This document shows positions 1 through 12,469 of a stretch of DNA of 64,000 nt, one piece after another (within the stretch, counting starts at the first letter, position 1; each line of letters starts with the position of its first letter). The position numbers and the translations under genes were made by a program. Origin of the DNA: Azolla caroliniana (Eukaryota > Plantae > Polypodiophyta); assembly GCA_043228905.1 (NCBI GenBank), contig JBHGNT010000010.1, positions 12,524,001 to 12,588,000 on the forward strand. Direction: 5' to 3'. The notes under the pieces are model-generated. The model had not been told where the DNA came from. It made no database searches and saw only the letters and a list, made by a program, of their open reading frames with translations.

Positions 1-3000
1 TTATTTAAACCAAACCACTAGAATATTACATTAACTAACTCATTTACTAAATGAATTCCATTGTAGTCTAGTTGGTTCAGATCCATTATTTTTACCCGAG
101 ACTCCTGGGTACAGCAATTGGCATGGGAGAAACTAGATACATCATAGATCTGGTGTTAATATCGCATCAATGGAAACCCTTGAAATTATTAAATCTTATA
201 ACCGAGAGTGTGTTAGAATAATCCTCTGTTTCTCGTTGATGCTTGCGCAATATATAAATATTATTTATTACTAATCAATGATTGCAATATTGAAAAGTAT
301 ACAAGATATAATCCATTCTAGTCTAGTTGGTTAGGATACTAGGCTCTCACTCGAGAGACCCGGGTTCAACACCCGACAATGGAAACGACAATATCATATA
401 TTAAAATTCCGACGCATATCATGTTTTAATTGTTTGATAACTCAAAAACTCAAGATTATGTTTGAAGCATTGATGACAAACTTTCCTCGATCAAGATTGC
501 AAAAATACGCATAGATTGTAGAGTAATAGTGAATTCTCGATCAACATTGCAACATATTTCTTTATTTGAAGCAAAGCACTAGAATATTACATTTAGTAAT
601 TCATTTACTAAAGTAATTTCATTTTAGTCTCCTTGGTTGGGATCCTTGTTTTTTACATGAGACTCCCGGGTACAACAATAGGCATTGGAAAACTAGAGTT
701 GTGGTTATGGTTGTGGTTATTTGGTTGTGGTTATTCGTCAACATTGGTACGACAAATTAGTACACCAGCAATTACAGTTTGGATAACTCTATACAATTTC
801 AAACAATACGCATAGAATACAAAATAATGTTCAACTGTCGACAAGCATTGCACCATGTTTCTCTATTTGTAGCGAAGCACTAGAATAGTACATTGACTAA
901 TTTATTTTCTAAATGAAGTCCATTGTAATCATGTTGCTTGGAATCGTTAATTTCTACTCGAAACGTGCAGGGACAAGTACAGGCACACGAAAAACTAAAT
1001 ACATTATATATCATGAGTTAATGTGGCATAGATAAAAACCCGTGAAATTAATAAATCTTAAAAACGAGAGTGTGTTAGAATAATCCTTTGTTTCTTGTTG
1101 ATGCTTGCGGAACATAGAAATAATATTTATTACTAATCAATGATTACAATATTTAAAAGTGCACAGGATGTGATACAATGTAGTGTAGTTAGTTAGGATA
1201 CTCGGCTCTCACCCGAGAAACTCGGGTTTAATTCCCGGAAATGGAAACGACAATATCATATATTAAACTTCCGAGGCATATCATGTGTTAATTGTTTGAT
1301 AACTCAAAAACTCAAGACCTAAAGTAGGCATTACAAAAATGTTTTACACCAGACTCCCGGGTAGAACAATTAGCATAGGAAAAACTCGATACATCATAGA
1401 TCATGAGTTAATATGACATCGATAAAAATCGTTGAAATTATTAAATCTTAAAAACCAGAGTGTGTTAGAATAATCCTCAGTTTCTAGTTGATGCTTGCAC
1501 ACTATATAAATATTGTTTATTACTAATCAATTATTGTAATATTAGAAAGTATATGATCCATTGTAGTCAAGTCGGTTAGGATACTCGGCTTTCACCCGAG
1601 AGACCCGGGTTCAACTCCCCCTGCAATCGAAACGACAACATCATATATTAAATTTCCAACGAGATACTATGTTAACTGTTTGATAACTCAAAAACTCTAG
1701 GCCTAAAATAGATGTTACAATTAACAAAATAATCAATATTATGTTTGAAGGATTGATGACGAACTTTACTTTGATTTTTTTCTCCTAACATGAATTTCTA
1801 AACTTACTCCCATTCTTTGATTAATGGTAAATGTTTCAAATGAAATTGGACAAAACATAATGTTGTTCGAGACAACAAAAAGATGTATATTTGGTTGTGG
1901 TTGTTCGTCAACATTGGTAGGGCAAATTAGTACATCAACAATTATAGTTTGGATAACCCGTATTAATCTCCTGGCAATAGAAAGGACAATATCATATATA
2001 AAATTTTGCGACGCATGTCATGTGTTAACTGTTTGATAACTCAAAAACTCAAGATGTAAAGTAGTTACAATAATGTACAATAAATAAAATGAACTCAAAA
2101 ACTCAAGCTCTAAGGTAGTCATTAGAATAATGTACAATTAACAAAATAATCCAAATTATGTTTGAAGGATTGATAATGAACTTTGATTTTATTTTTTTCT
2201 CCTCACATCAATTTCTAAACTTAATACGAATATTCAATTAATAGTAGAAGTTTCTAATGAAATTTGATAAAACATAATGTGGTTCGCGACAAGGAGAAGC
2301 AATATATTTAGTCGTGGTCATTCCTCAACATTGTTACGACAAATTAGTACACCAACATTGTTTCTTGATTTGAAGTAAAACACTAGAATATTATATTAAC
2401 TAATTCATTTACTAAAAGAATTCCAGTATAGTCTAGTTGGTTCGGATCCTTGTTTTTTACACGAGACTCCCGGGTACAACAATTGGCATGGGAAAAACGA
2501 GATGCATCATTGATCATGAGTTAATATAGCATCGATAAAAACACTGGAAATTATTAAATCTTAAAAATGAGAGTGTGTTACAATAATCCTCAGTTTCATG
2601 TTGCTGCTTGCACAACATATAAATATTATTTATTACTAATCCATGATTGCAATATTAAGAAGTACAGAAGATAGGATCCATTGTAGTCTAGTTCGTTAGG
2701 ATACTCGGCTTTCACCCCAGAGACCCGTGTTCAAATACCGCCAATGAAAACGAGTATATCATATATTAAATTTCCGGCTCATAGCATGTGTTAACGGTTT
2801 GATAACTCAACACCTAAAGTAGATGTTACAATAATGTAGAATTAAGAAAATAATCAATATTATGTTTGAAGGATTGATGACGAACTTTGCTTTGATATTT
2901 TTTTGCTAACATCAATTTCTAAAGTTAATCCCATTATTCAATAAATAGTAGAGGTTTCAATGAAATTTGACAAAACATTCTGTTGTTTGGGACGAGAAGA

Positions 3001-5398
3001 AGCAATATATTCAGTCGTGGTTATTTCTCAACATGGTTACGACAAATTAGTACACTGACAATTATAGTTTGGATGACTTGATAGAATTTCCAAAAATACG
3101 CATAGATTGTATCATAATGGTGAACTCTCGATCAACATTGCACCATATTTCTTTATTTGAAGGAAACCAATAGAATATTACATTAACTAATTCATTTACT
3201 AAATGAATTCCATTGTAGTCTAGTTGGTTCGGAACCTTGTTTTTTACACGAGACTCCCAGGTACAACTATAGGCATTGGCAAAACTAGATACATCATAGA
3301 TGATGACGTAATGTTGCATCGATTAAAACCCTTGAAATTATTAAATCTTAAAAACGAGAGTGTGTTAGAATAATCCTCAGTTTCTCGTTGTTGCTTGCAC
3401 AATATATAAATATTATTTACTACTAATCAATGATTGCAATCTTAAAAACTACACAAGATGTGAACCATTGTAGTCTAGTTGGTTTGGATACTCAGTTCTC
3501 ACACGAGAAACCCGGGTTCAACTACTTGCAATGAAAACAACAATATCATATATTAAATTTTCGACGCATATCATTTGTTAACAGTTTGATAACTGAAAAA
3601 CTCAAGACCTAAAGTAGGTGTTACAATTAATAAAATAATCAATATTATGTTTGAAGTATTGATGATGTACATTCCTTTAATTTTTCTCTCCTAACATCAA
3701 TTTCTAAACTTAATCACATTATTCGATTAATGGTATAGATTTCGAATGAAATTGCACCAAACATTATGTTTTTCGGGAGAACAAGAAGCAGTACATTCAG
3801 TTGTGGCTATTCCTAAACATTGTTACGATAAATTAGTACACCAACAATTATAGTTTTAATAATTTGATAGAATTTCAAAAAATACGCATAGATTGCAAAA
3901 TATTGGTCAACTGTCGACAAGCATTGCACCATGTTTCTTTATTTGTAGCAAAGCACTAGAATAGTACATTAACTAATTCATTTACTCAATGAATTCCATT
4001 GTAATCAAGTTGCCTCGACTCGTTGATTTTTGCCCAAGATGCGTGGGTACAAGCACAAGCATAGGAAAAACTAGATACATCATAGATCATGAGTTAATTT
4101 GGCAACGATAAAAACCCATGAAATTATTAAATCTTAAAAACGAGAGTGTGGTAGAATAATCCTCTGTTTCTCATTGATGCTTGCGCAATATATGAATATT
4201 ATTTATTACTAATCAATGATTGCAATATTAAAAAGTGCACAAGATGTGATCCATTGTAGTCTAGTTGGTTAGAATCCTTGGCTCTCACACGAGAGACCCA
4301 GGTTCAACTCCTGCGAATAGATTGCACCAACAATTATAGTTTGGATAACTTGATACAATTTCAAACAAACGCATAGATTGAAAAATAATGGTCAACTATA
4401 GTAAAGCACTAGAATATTACATTAACTAATTCATTTACTAAATAAATTCCACTATAGTTTAGTTGGTTCAGACTCCCGGGTACAACAATTGGCATTGGAA
4501 AAACTAGATACATCATAGATCATGAGTTAATATCGCATCGATAAAAACCCTTGAAATTATTAAATCTTAAAAACGAGAGTGTGTGTGAATAATCCTCAAT
4601 TTCTCGTTCATACTTGCGCAATATATAAATATTATTTATTACTAATCAATGATTGCAATATTAAAAACTACACTAGATATGATCCATTGTATTCTAGTTG
4701 GTTAGGATACTTGGCTTTCACCCGAGAGACCCGGGTTTAACTCCCGGCAATGGAAACGACAATATCTATATAAAATTTCCAATGTATATCATGTGTTAAT
4801 TGTTTGATAACTCAAAAAGTCAAGCTCTAAAGTAGTTGTTATAATAATGTACAGTTAACAAAATAATCAATATTATGTTTGAAGGATTGATGACGAACTT
4901 TGCTTTGATTTTTTTCTCCTAACATCAATTTCTAAACTTAATCTCATTTTTCAATTAATAGTATAGGTTTCAAATGAAATTTGACAAAACATTATGTTGT
5001 TCGCGAAAAGGAGAAGCAGTATATTTAGTTGTGGTTATTCCTCAACATTATTACGACAAACTAGTACACCAAGAATTATAGTTTTGGATAACTTGATACA
5101 ATTTCTAACAATACGCATAGATTGAAAAATAATAGTCAACTGTCGATGATCATTGCACAATGTTTCTTTCTTTGTAACAAAGGACTAGAATGGTACATTA
5201 GCTAATTCAATTACTAAATGAATTCCATTGTAATCAAGTTGCCTCGCATCCTTGCTGTTTTACTTGACACGCTCGGGTACAAGTAGATATATCATATATC
5301 ATGAGTTAATGTGGCATCGATAAAAACCCTTGCAAGTATTAAATCTTAAAAATGATAGTGTGTTAGAATAATTGTCAGTTTTTCGTTGATGGTTGCGC
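1..5398 (+). repeat. tRNA-Glu-derived tandem satellite, block 1 (monomer ~780-800 bp, many internal deletions)
   Basis: Recurring motifs TCCATTGTAGTCTAGTTGGTTAGGATACTCGGCTCTCACCCGAGAGACCCGGGTTCAACTCCCGGCAATGGAA, GAAATTATTAAATCTTAAAAACGAGAGTGTGTTAGAATAATCC and AACATCAATTTCTAAACTTAATCCCATT in fixed order and one orientation. Confidence 0.95.
4683..4755 (+). pseudogene. tRNA-Glu-like copy, TTC anticodon in a CTC-type body
   Basis: TCCATTG/CAATGGA acceptor stem intact; anticodon loop CTTTCAC; T-loop mutated to TTTAACT; one D-stem change. Confidence 0.7.
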
Positions 5399-6104
5399 TG
5401 TCGTAGTGTATTCCACACACTACGTGAAAACCATAAAATAATATATCCGATTTTAGATACATATAAATAAATAAATAATATATCAAAAGAATTTATCACG
5501 TGCATAGGGCAGGATTCGAACCATGCACCTCCGCGTAGGTAAACCCCAACTTTACCATTGCAATAAATTATCTTTAGTGTTATAAATATAGATTTAATAC
5601 ATATAAGACCTTTATTTACACATACCTTTATTAAAAGGTAAAAATCATGTATTCTTTAGAGTGTGAATATTTTATTTACACGTGCCATTAAAAGTGACTC
5701 ATGCACGTCTAGTGTGCATGAGCTCTATATTTAGGAAATGACAAAGCATCACATGCACATTTAGTGTGCATGGACACTTTAGGTGAAAAAGCATGAAGCC
5801 ATGCTTAGCCTCTTCCATCTTTATATAAGGAGGAGAGAAATATGTATAAGGTTGTTGATTAATATAGAAGAATTGATCAATCTAATATATTCGTGGGATT
5901 CACGAATTTTGCCATCTAAATTACTCTTATAATCTAAATATTGTTTTAAAATAAACTAAACTCGTGGGCTTATCGAGATTACTATCTTACTTCTCTTCCT
6001 ATTATTCATAACTAGCCTTAAGTTGTATTCCTCTTCCTCCTAGTCCAAAACCTCGGCGGTTCCCACCCGACTCACGCAACGATCCGAAGCCGAAGGGCTC
6101 GACA
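5399..6104 (+). repeat. 5' LTR of element 1
   Basis: TGTCG...CGACA inverted termini; near-identical to 11765-12469 (about 12 substitutions and 1 indel by eye). Confidence 0.95.
5512..5565 (-). promoter_or_regulatory. tRNA-like Pol III A-box/B-box module in the element 1 LTR, antisense (also at 11878-11930)
   Basis: Minus strand reads TATTGCAATGG(TAAAG)...GGTTCGAATCC; box starts are 43 nt apart, as in tRNA. Confidence 0.55.
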
Positions 6105-6108
6105 CAGT

Positions 6109-6126
6109 TGGTGAACCCGACGTGAA
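6109..6126 (+). promoter_or_regulatory. Primer binding site complementary to tRNA-Trp
   Basis: TGGTGAACCCGACGTGAA is the reverse complement of the plant cytosolic tRNA-Trp 3' end (TTCACGTCGGGTTCACCA), 4 nt after the LTR. Confidence 0.9.
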
Positions 6127-6142
6127 AACGGGTGGCAAGGAG

Positions 6143-8176
6143 ATGGAAAATCAACCGGAGGCTAGCAACATGATGATGATGTTCGAGCGCATGCTACAAG
6201 AACAACGAAACGGGCAATTCAGTGGAGCGGCTCGTGCAACGAAACGGGCAATTCAACGGGAAAGACGTGTCTCGGTATCTTTGGGACTACAAGGCGGAGA
6301 TGCTACGGTGCGGAATATCGGAAGGACTGCAAGTGACGTCCTTCAACCGGGTGGCGACCGACGGGCTTCAAGCAAGCATCCATGGGCTACGACAGCAAAA
6401 TCCGACATGGGAGGCGTTTGAAGTAGAGCTAAACAGGACGTTCGCCATCGAGGATTCGTCCAAGGCGACGCGAAGGGGATTTGAAGATTGGGTGGAGACG
6501 CCGGACAAGGGATTGAAGGTCGTTGATGTGTTTTCGGCATTCGAAAGCCAGTTCGGGAGGTTGTCCGCGAGAGATCAAGCTATCCTCGTACCGGACAAGG
6601 TGATCATGTTCTTGCGAGCGCCGTGGACATCCAGGACCGGAAAGATCTCGGAGTGCTCTTGGAGGACACGACCACGGAGAGAGGCCTCACTGAAACATGG
6701 GAAAGCGTGCGGGATATCGTCGCGTGATACACGAAGAGGGGGCAATGGCTTGCCAACGAGGAAAAGAGGGTTTCGGAACCGATTCCGAAACCGAGAACCG
6801 GATTGGAAGACCATCAACTGAGGGCTCGAGAGAGTACAACTGAGAAGGGGATTGATGCATCTACGGTGGAGCAACTATTGAAGGAGATGGAGAATCTGAA
6901 GATCGCGATGGTGAAGAAGTCGGATGACCGCCCCACAAGCTCCAAGTATACGGACCGACGGTGCATATGGTGCGATAGCGCCGAACACGATCGGAGGGAT
7001 TGCGACGAGCATAAGGAGGCGCTATGGCGGGATCTCATCTACTACGAGGGAAACCGGATTCATTCGATGGACTCTCGGAAGCCTCTCCGACCGAACTTCC
7101 GGAAAGGCGGCATGAAGAAGGTGCTCGAGGAGGAATTGGCGGCAAGAAGCAACTATGCGACAACCGCGGGAATATGTGTCGGGGAGTCATCGAGAGCAAA
7201 GACGTCTTTTTGGCCGGAAGTTCTAGAAAACACCGAGAAAACCGACTCTAACGAGATCCGAAGCACCGCGGAAGGCGTCCGGGAAGCTACGGGATGGGAG
7301 TGCTCTGTCGACAAGAATAGCGTATACGCCCTATGACAATTGCATAAGGTGTATGTGGACGAGAAACGACGACGCACGGAGGATGCGGCCGGGCCATCAA
7401 AGATACCGGAAAGCTGGAACTCCGGAGGTAAGGGAAAAGAAAAGGCGACTCCGGCATTCAAGCTCGCCTCGGACATAGAACAACAAACCGACTTGAAAAG
7501 AGTGTTCGAGGAAAAAATCTTGGATAGCCGAGTAGATTTCTCGCTTCGGGAGCTACTCGGAATAGCAAAGAAGGAGTTCCACGATCTTCTCGTGGATCTC
7601 GTGAAGCGAAAAAGACAAAGTACGGAGGAAAATGCTCCAAGGGTGAATGCGAACACCGTTTTAATGATCGACACCGAAGTGGAGGACGAAATTCCGAACT
7701 CCCACTATACAAGGCCACATTGGGCACGCGCGACTACGGAGACTCCGGTCCGAATCGGCAACATCAAAGAACCCGTGCTAGCATTGATTGATCACGGATC
7801 GGAGATCAACTTGATGTCCAAGGAGTTCTACCGGAAGGGGAAGTGGCCTATTAACACCAACCATGGATGGAAGATTCGGGCGGCCACCAAAGCAACGGAA
7901 GATCTATTTGCGGCTTGTCCGGATGTGACGGTGAAGATCGGGGATGTCGAGATCGACCAAAATTTCTTCGTGCAAGATGAGGTTTCACATTCCGTCATCC
8001 TCGGCCAACCCTTTATTACGGCATCACGGATGGAGACGAAGGTGCTCGATAGCGGTGCGGCTTTTGCGCGAATTCGGAGCCAAAACGGTGGAAAATCCGT
8101 CCAATTCCTAACGGTGCCGGCAAATCACGAAAGGAACAAGAGGGAACTCTTGTCCCAAGTGAGAATGGATTTTTAA
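6143..8176 (+). pseudogene. gag: gag-protease ORF of element 1 (disrupted)
   Basis: ORF pieces 6122/6222/6803/7340; zinc knuckle CIWCDSAEHDRRDC (CX2CX4HX4C); aspartic protease LIDHGSEIN...ILGQPF; frameshifts near 6220 and in 6620-6800; in-frame TGA at 7334. Confidence 0.88.
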
Positions 8177-8230
8177 AGCGGACTGTTGCAGAGTGGGGAA
8201 GTGATAGTCCGAGAAGCCCTGATACCCCAC
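8167..8230 (+). promoter_or_regulatory. Predicted -1 ribosomal frameshift signal (G_GAT_TTT plus pseudoknot)
   Basis: Slippery heptamer directly before the gag-PR stop; -1 frame open downstream; stem 8179-8189/8201-8211; loop GTGGGG pairs with CCCCAC at 8225-8230. Confidence 0.75.
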
Positions 8231-11200
8231 ACAGGAAGAAAACTCTCGGAGCAAAACATGTACGAATCGCTCTGGATGGGGCATCTACGTACACGACCGT
8301 AACCGGAGGATTGAAGAAAGGATACCGACAAGTGGAGGATAAGTTGCGGTCGGCATCAATAATAAAAGAAGATGAAGAAATCGTGGGGATAGTCGAAGAA
8401 GTGTTCTATGGGAGCACACTACAACGACTTGAAGAGCTTGCAGAAGATAAAAGCCAAGGGAACCGGGTAGTCCCGGTGGAATCGGTCGAGATGTACGAGA
8501 TCATTTAGAAAATGGAGCCAGATACGCTCCGCAAAGAAGGAGCAATGGTAAGTACGAAATACAAGACCGTGGAGAAGAAGGTGAAACCGGCTGCGGGACC
8601 ACTACCCGCCGATAGCGAACAAAAGAGGAAAGAAGTCTCGGGAGATCCGACACTTCGGAAGTCCGTGGATATCGGACATGCCTTCACGGATGAGACCCGG
8701 AAGAAACTTCGGATCGGTGGAGGTGGGTTCCTATTACAAAAAGAAGAAGAACGGTTTCGCGAGATGTTGGAGCAATATGGCAAAGCGTTTCCATTTACAT
8801 CAAGGGAGATAGGGTGCGTCGATCCGAGAATAGTGGAGCCGATGGTGATCTTCACGATTGACCATGTACCGTGGAACCTGAAGCCGATTCCGGTGCCACG
8901 AGCGCATATTCCGAAAGTCATTGACTTGCTCAAGGAGAAGGTGGCGATGGGGATTCTAGAGCCATCAACTGCTCCGTACTCAAATCGATGGTTTACGGTT
9001 CCGAAGAAGAATGGGTCACTCCGATTTATCCAAGACTTGCAACCGGTGAATAAGGTCACGATCCGGAACTCGGGAGTCAGTCCGATAGTGGATGAATTTG
9101 CGGAAGCTTTTGCCGGTTGTGCGATATACTCCATCGGAGACCTATACTCGGGTATGACCAATTCCAACTAGCCGTGGAGAGCCGAGACATCACAACCATG
9201 CGAACACCGATAGGATTAGTCCGAATGTGCACACTACCACAAGGAGCGACAAACTCGGTTGCTCATATGATGAACGCGATGAACAAGGTGCTTCGAGACT
9301 GCATTCCGGAGATAACGATGCCGTTCCTCAATGACATTCCGATGAAAGGATGCGCGGTAGAAGAAAAAGATGAAACTATGGATGATCGGGGATGCCGAAA
9401 GTTCGTGGTCGACCATATTCATGATTGCGAGAAAGTGTTGCGAAAGCTAGAAGATGTGCACCTAACACTTTCCGGGGAGAAATCGGCATTTGGGCAAGAA
9501 GAAATATTGGTGGTCGGACATCTATGTGGGCCCTACGGTCGAAGACCGTCACCAACAAAGATCGATGCGATTCAAGCTATGGAGGAAGTATGCGAGTCAA
9601 CATCCGAAGTCCGAAGGTTTCTCAGTGCATGTGCATTCTATCACATATGGATTCCGCACTATGCACATATAGCGGATCCGCTCTACCACTTGTTGCGGAA
9701 AGGTAAGAAATTCGAATGGAAACCGGAACACACCAACGCCATGAAGAAATTGAAGAAGACACTTCGGAGGGCGGAAGCACTTAAGAAGCCGAGCTATGAC
9801 CGACCAATCATAGTAACGGTTGATACAAGTCCAACCGGTATCGGGTGGGTCATCAATCAAGCCGACTCGGATGGTTCGCGGTATCCGATCCGATTCGGAG
9901 CAAAGGTTCTCAACGAAAGGCAACGTGGATATGCGCAAGTCAAAAGAGAACTGTGGGGAGTCATGTCAGCGATAAAATCGGATCGGGATTATTTGATCGG
10001 AGCCGAAGTGGTGATCGAGACGGATTGTCTTCCGATACTCGGGATGATGCGGTGTTGTACGATACCGGATGTAGCTATGCTAAGGTGGGTTGCATATGTC
10101 AAGTTGCTTAATCCGGAGGTTCGACACATCTCGGGGAAGGACAACGCGGTAGCGGATATGTTATCAAGGGCTCGGTTCGGGCACGACATAACCGAATCGG
10201 ATAATGAAGAAGTTTCCGAAGACTACTTCGCGTCGGAGCACATATGCCGAGTAAACGTAATCCGGGAATTCCGGGAAGAAGAATACGAGGGAGAAAGCTT
10301 GATGATCGGGAAGATGTTACAAGAGGCCGAGGATTCAACAAACGATAAAGGAAGAAGAGCCGAGATCCGAAGGAAGAAGAGACAAGTCCAAAAGTTCTTC
10401 TTGGAAAACGGATTAATATGGAGGGCGCCGAAAAGACCGGATGGTATACCACTTCGAGTAGTCGGGACAAAAGAGCAACGAAACCGGATAATGTCCGAGT
10501 TTCACGAATCCGATTGGGCTGGACACCGAGGAACATGGGCAACATTTGTGAAGATCAAGCAAAAATATTGGTGGAAGAAAATGTACAAAGATGTCGCGGA
10601 GTTCACTGAAAGCTGCGAGAAATGTCAAGTCTACTCCAGGGTTCGACATCGAGATGAGTTACATCCGACATTCTCACCGACAATCAACTTCAAGTGGATG
10701 GTTGACATAGTGGCCATGCCGACCGGGATCGGACAAAAGAAATACTTGGTATTAGCTCGGGAAGATCTCACGAATCAAGTAGAAGGTCGAGCGCTTCAGA
10801 GAAAAACGTGTTCCGCGGTATGCCAATTTCTTTTGGAGGAAGTATTTTGCAAGTACGGGTGCGTAGGACAAGTGATTGCGGACCGGGGAGAACTCGACTC
10901 GGACAAAGCTAGGGGATTCTTCGCTAAACACGGAGTTCGGTTATTGCTGACAACGGCATACAATCCGGAGGCCAACGGGAAAATCGAACTAGGACATAGT
11001 CCGATCGTGAAAGCACTTGCGAAGGCATGCGATGGAAAGGTGAAGGACTGGCCGCAGATGCTTCCGTATGCACTATGGGCGGATCGGACGACGCATAGTT
11101 CCATAACCGGTTACATGCCGGCAGAACTCATGACCGGACAAGCACCGGTAATGCCGACGGAAACCGTGATCGCAACATGGACAGTGCTACCGTGGAAGGA

Positions 11201-11807
11201 AGAGATGAGCCGGGAAGAACTACTAGCGGTCCGGATACGACAACTAGAGGGAAGACCGGCAGACATAGTGGAAGCAATACGCCGACAACAAGAAGCACGA
11301 TTAAGGAACAAAAGTCGGTTCGACACAAAGCACCGACTACAACCGAGGAGGATTGAAGAAGGAGATTGGGTGATCGTCTATGACAGTAGTTTGGACCATC
11401 AACATACAACGATGCGGAAATTCGCGAAAAGGTGGTTCGGGCCATACGAGGTTCGGAAAGTCTTCGACAACGGAACGTACCGACTGTCCGAGTTGGATGG
11501 AACAATACTACGAGTGCCTATAGCCGGGAAGCGGGTGAAGATTTTCAAGAAGCGGACCGACGACAAACCCTATGTGATCCGAGCCAAGGCCGACAACGAG
11601 GAGCAATCGGACGAAGACCACGGTGATGCGGGAAGCGAAGAAAGTGAATTACAACTCATAGTCGACATAAGGGGAGAATCGAAGGAAGCTTTGGGTGTAG
11701 ACGGATATGGGGGATCAAGAACTTCGGCACATACCGGAGGATGTGCGGGTTCGGAGGGGGCGAATGTCGTAGTGTATTCCACACACTACGTGAAAAACAT
11801 AAAATAA
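8170..11807 (+). pseudogene. pol: pol (RT-RNase H-integrase) of element 1 (disrupted)
   Basis: RT motifs VPKKNGSLRFIQDLQPVN, DLYSG/YDQF (frameshifted ~9152), LPQGATNS, FLND (catalytic D to N); RNase H TVDTSPTGIG...ADMLSR; integrase H..H..CEKC and D-D-E (DIVAM, IADRG, NGKIE); in-frame TAG at 8506; the ORF runs into the 3' LTR. Confidence 0.93.
11753..11764 (+). promoter_or_regulatory. Polypurine tract of element 1
   Basis: GGAGGGGGCGAA immediately before the TG of the 3' LTR. Confidence 0.85.
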
Positions 11808-12469
11808 TATATCCGATTTTAGATACATATAAATAAATAAATAATATATCAAAAGAATTTATCACGTGCATAGGGCAGGATTCGAACCATGCACCTCCAC
11901 GTAGATAACCCCAACTTTACCATTGCAATAAATTATCTTTAGTGTTATAAATATAGATTTAATACGTATAAGACCTTTATTTACACATACCTTTATTAAA
12001 AGGTAAAAATCATGTATTCTTTAGAGTGTGAATATTTTATTTACACGTGCCATTAAAAGTGACTCATGCACGTCTAGTGTGCATCAGCCCTATATTTAGG
12101 AAATGACAAAGCATCACATGCACATTTAGTGTGCATGGACACTTTAGGTGAAAAAGCATGAAGCCATGCTTAGCCTCTTCCATCTTTATATAAGGAGGAG
12201 AGAAATATGTATAAGGTTGTTGATTAATATAGAAGAATTGATCAATCTAATATATTCATGGGATTCACGAATTTTGCCATCTAAATTACTCTTATAATCT
12301 AAATATTGTTTTAAAATAAACTAAACTCGTGGGATTATCAAGATTTCTATCTTACTTCTCTTCCTATTATTCATAACTAGCCTTAAGTTGTATTCCTCTT
12401 CCTCCTAGTCCAAAACCTCGGCGGTTCCCACCCGACTCACGCAACGATCCGGAGCCGAAGGGCTCAACA
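11765..12469 (+). repeat. 3' LTR of element 1
   Basis: Direct repeat of 5399-6104, TG...CA, followed by TSD GCGC. Confidence 0.95.

Larger units (their letters stand above)
5399..12469 (+). mobile_element. Full-length Ty3/gypsy LTR retrotransposon, non-chromovirus (possibly Phygy-like), decayed
   Basis: Paired ~706 bp LTRs, tRNA-Trp PBS, PPT, domain order gag-PR-RT-RNaseH-IN without chromodomain, 4-bp TSD GCGC (5395-5398 and 12470-12473). Lineage name is inference. Confidence 0.95.

Noticed and set aside
6203-6256. 19-bp direct repeat CAACGAAACGGGCAATTCA in element 1 gag as a programmed signal
   Set aside because: The 34-nt period breaks the frame and looks like a copy-specific duplication or deletion lesion.
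11560-11807. Possible extra domain (env or chromodomain) after the element 1 integrase
   Set aside because: Short acidic, low-complexity tail running through the PPT into the LTR; no transmembrane or chromodomain motif.
6343-11871. Antisense and alternative-frame ORFs over element 1 (e.g. 7153-7674, 8505-9167) and similar ones over element 2 and the LINE
   Set aside because: Shadow ORFs of GC-richer coding sequence with no recognisable motifs.
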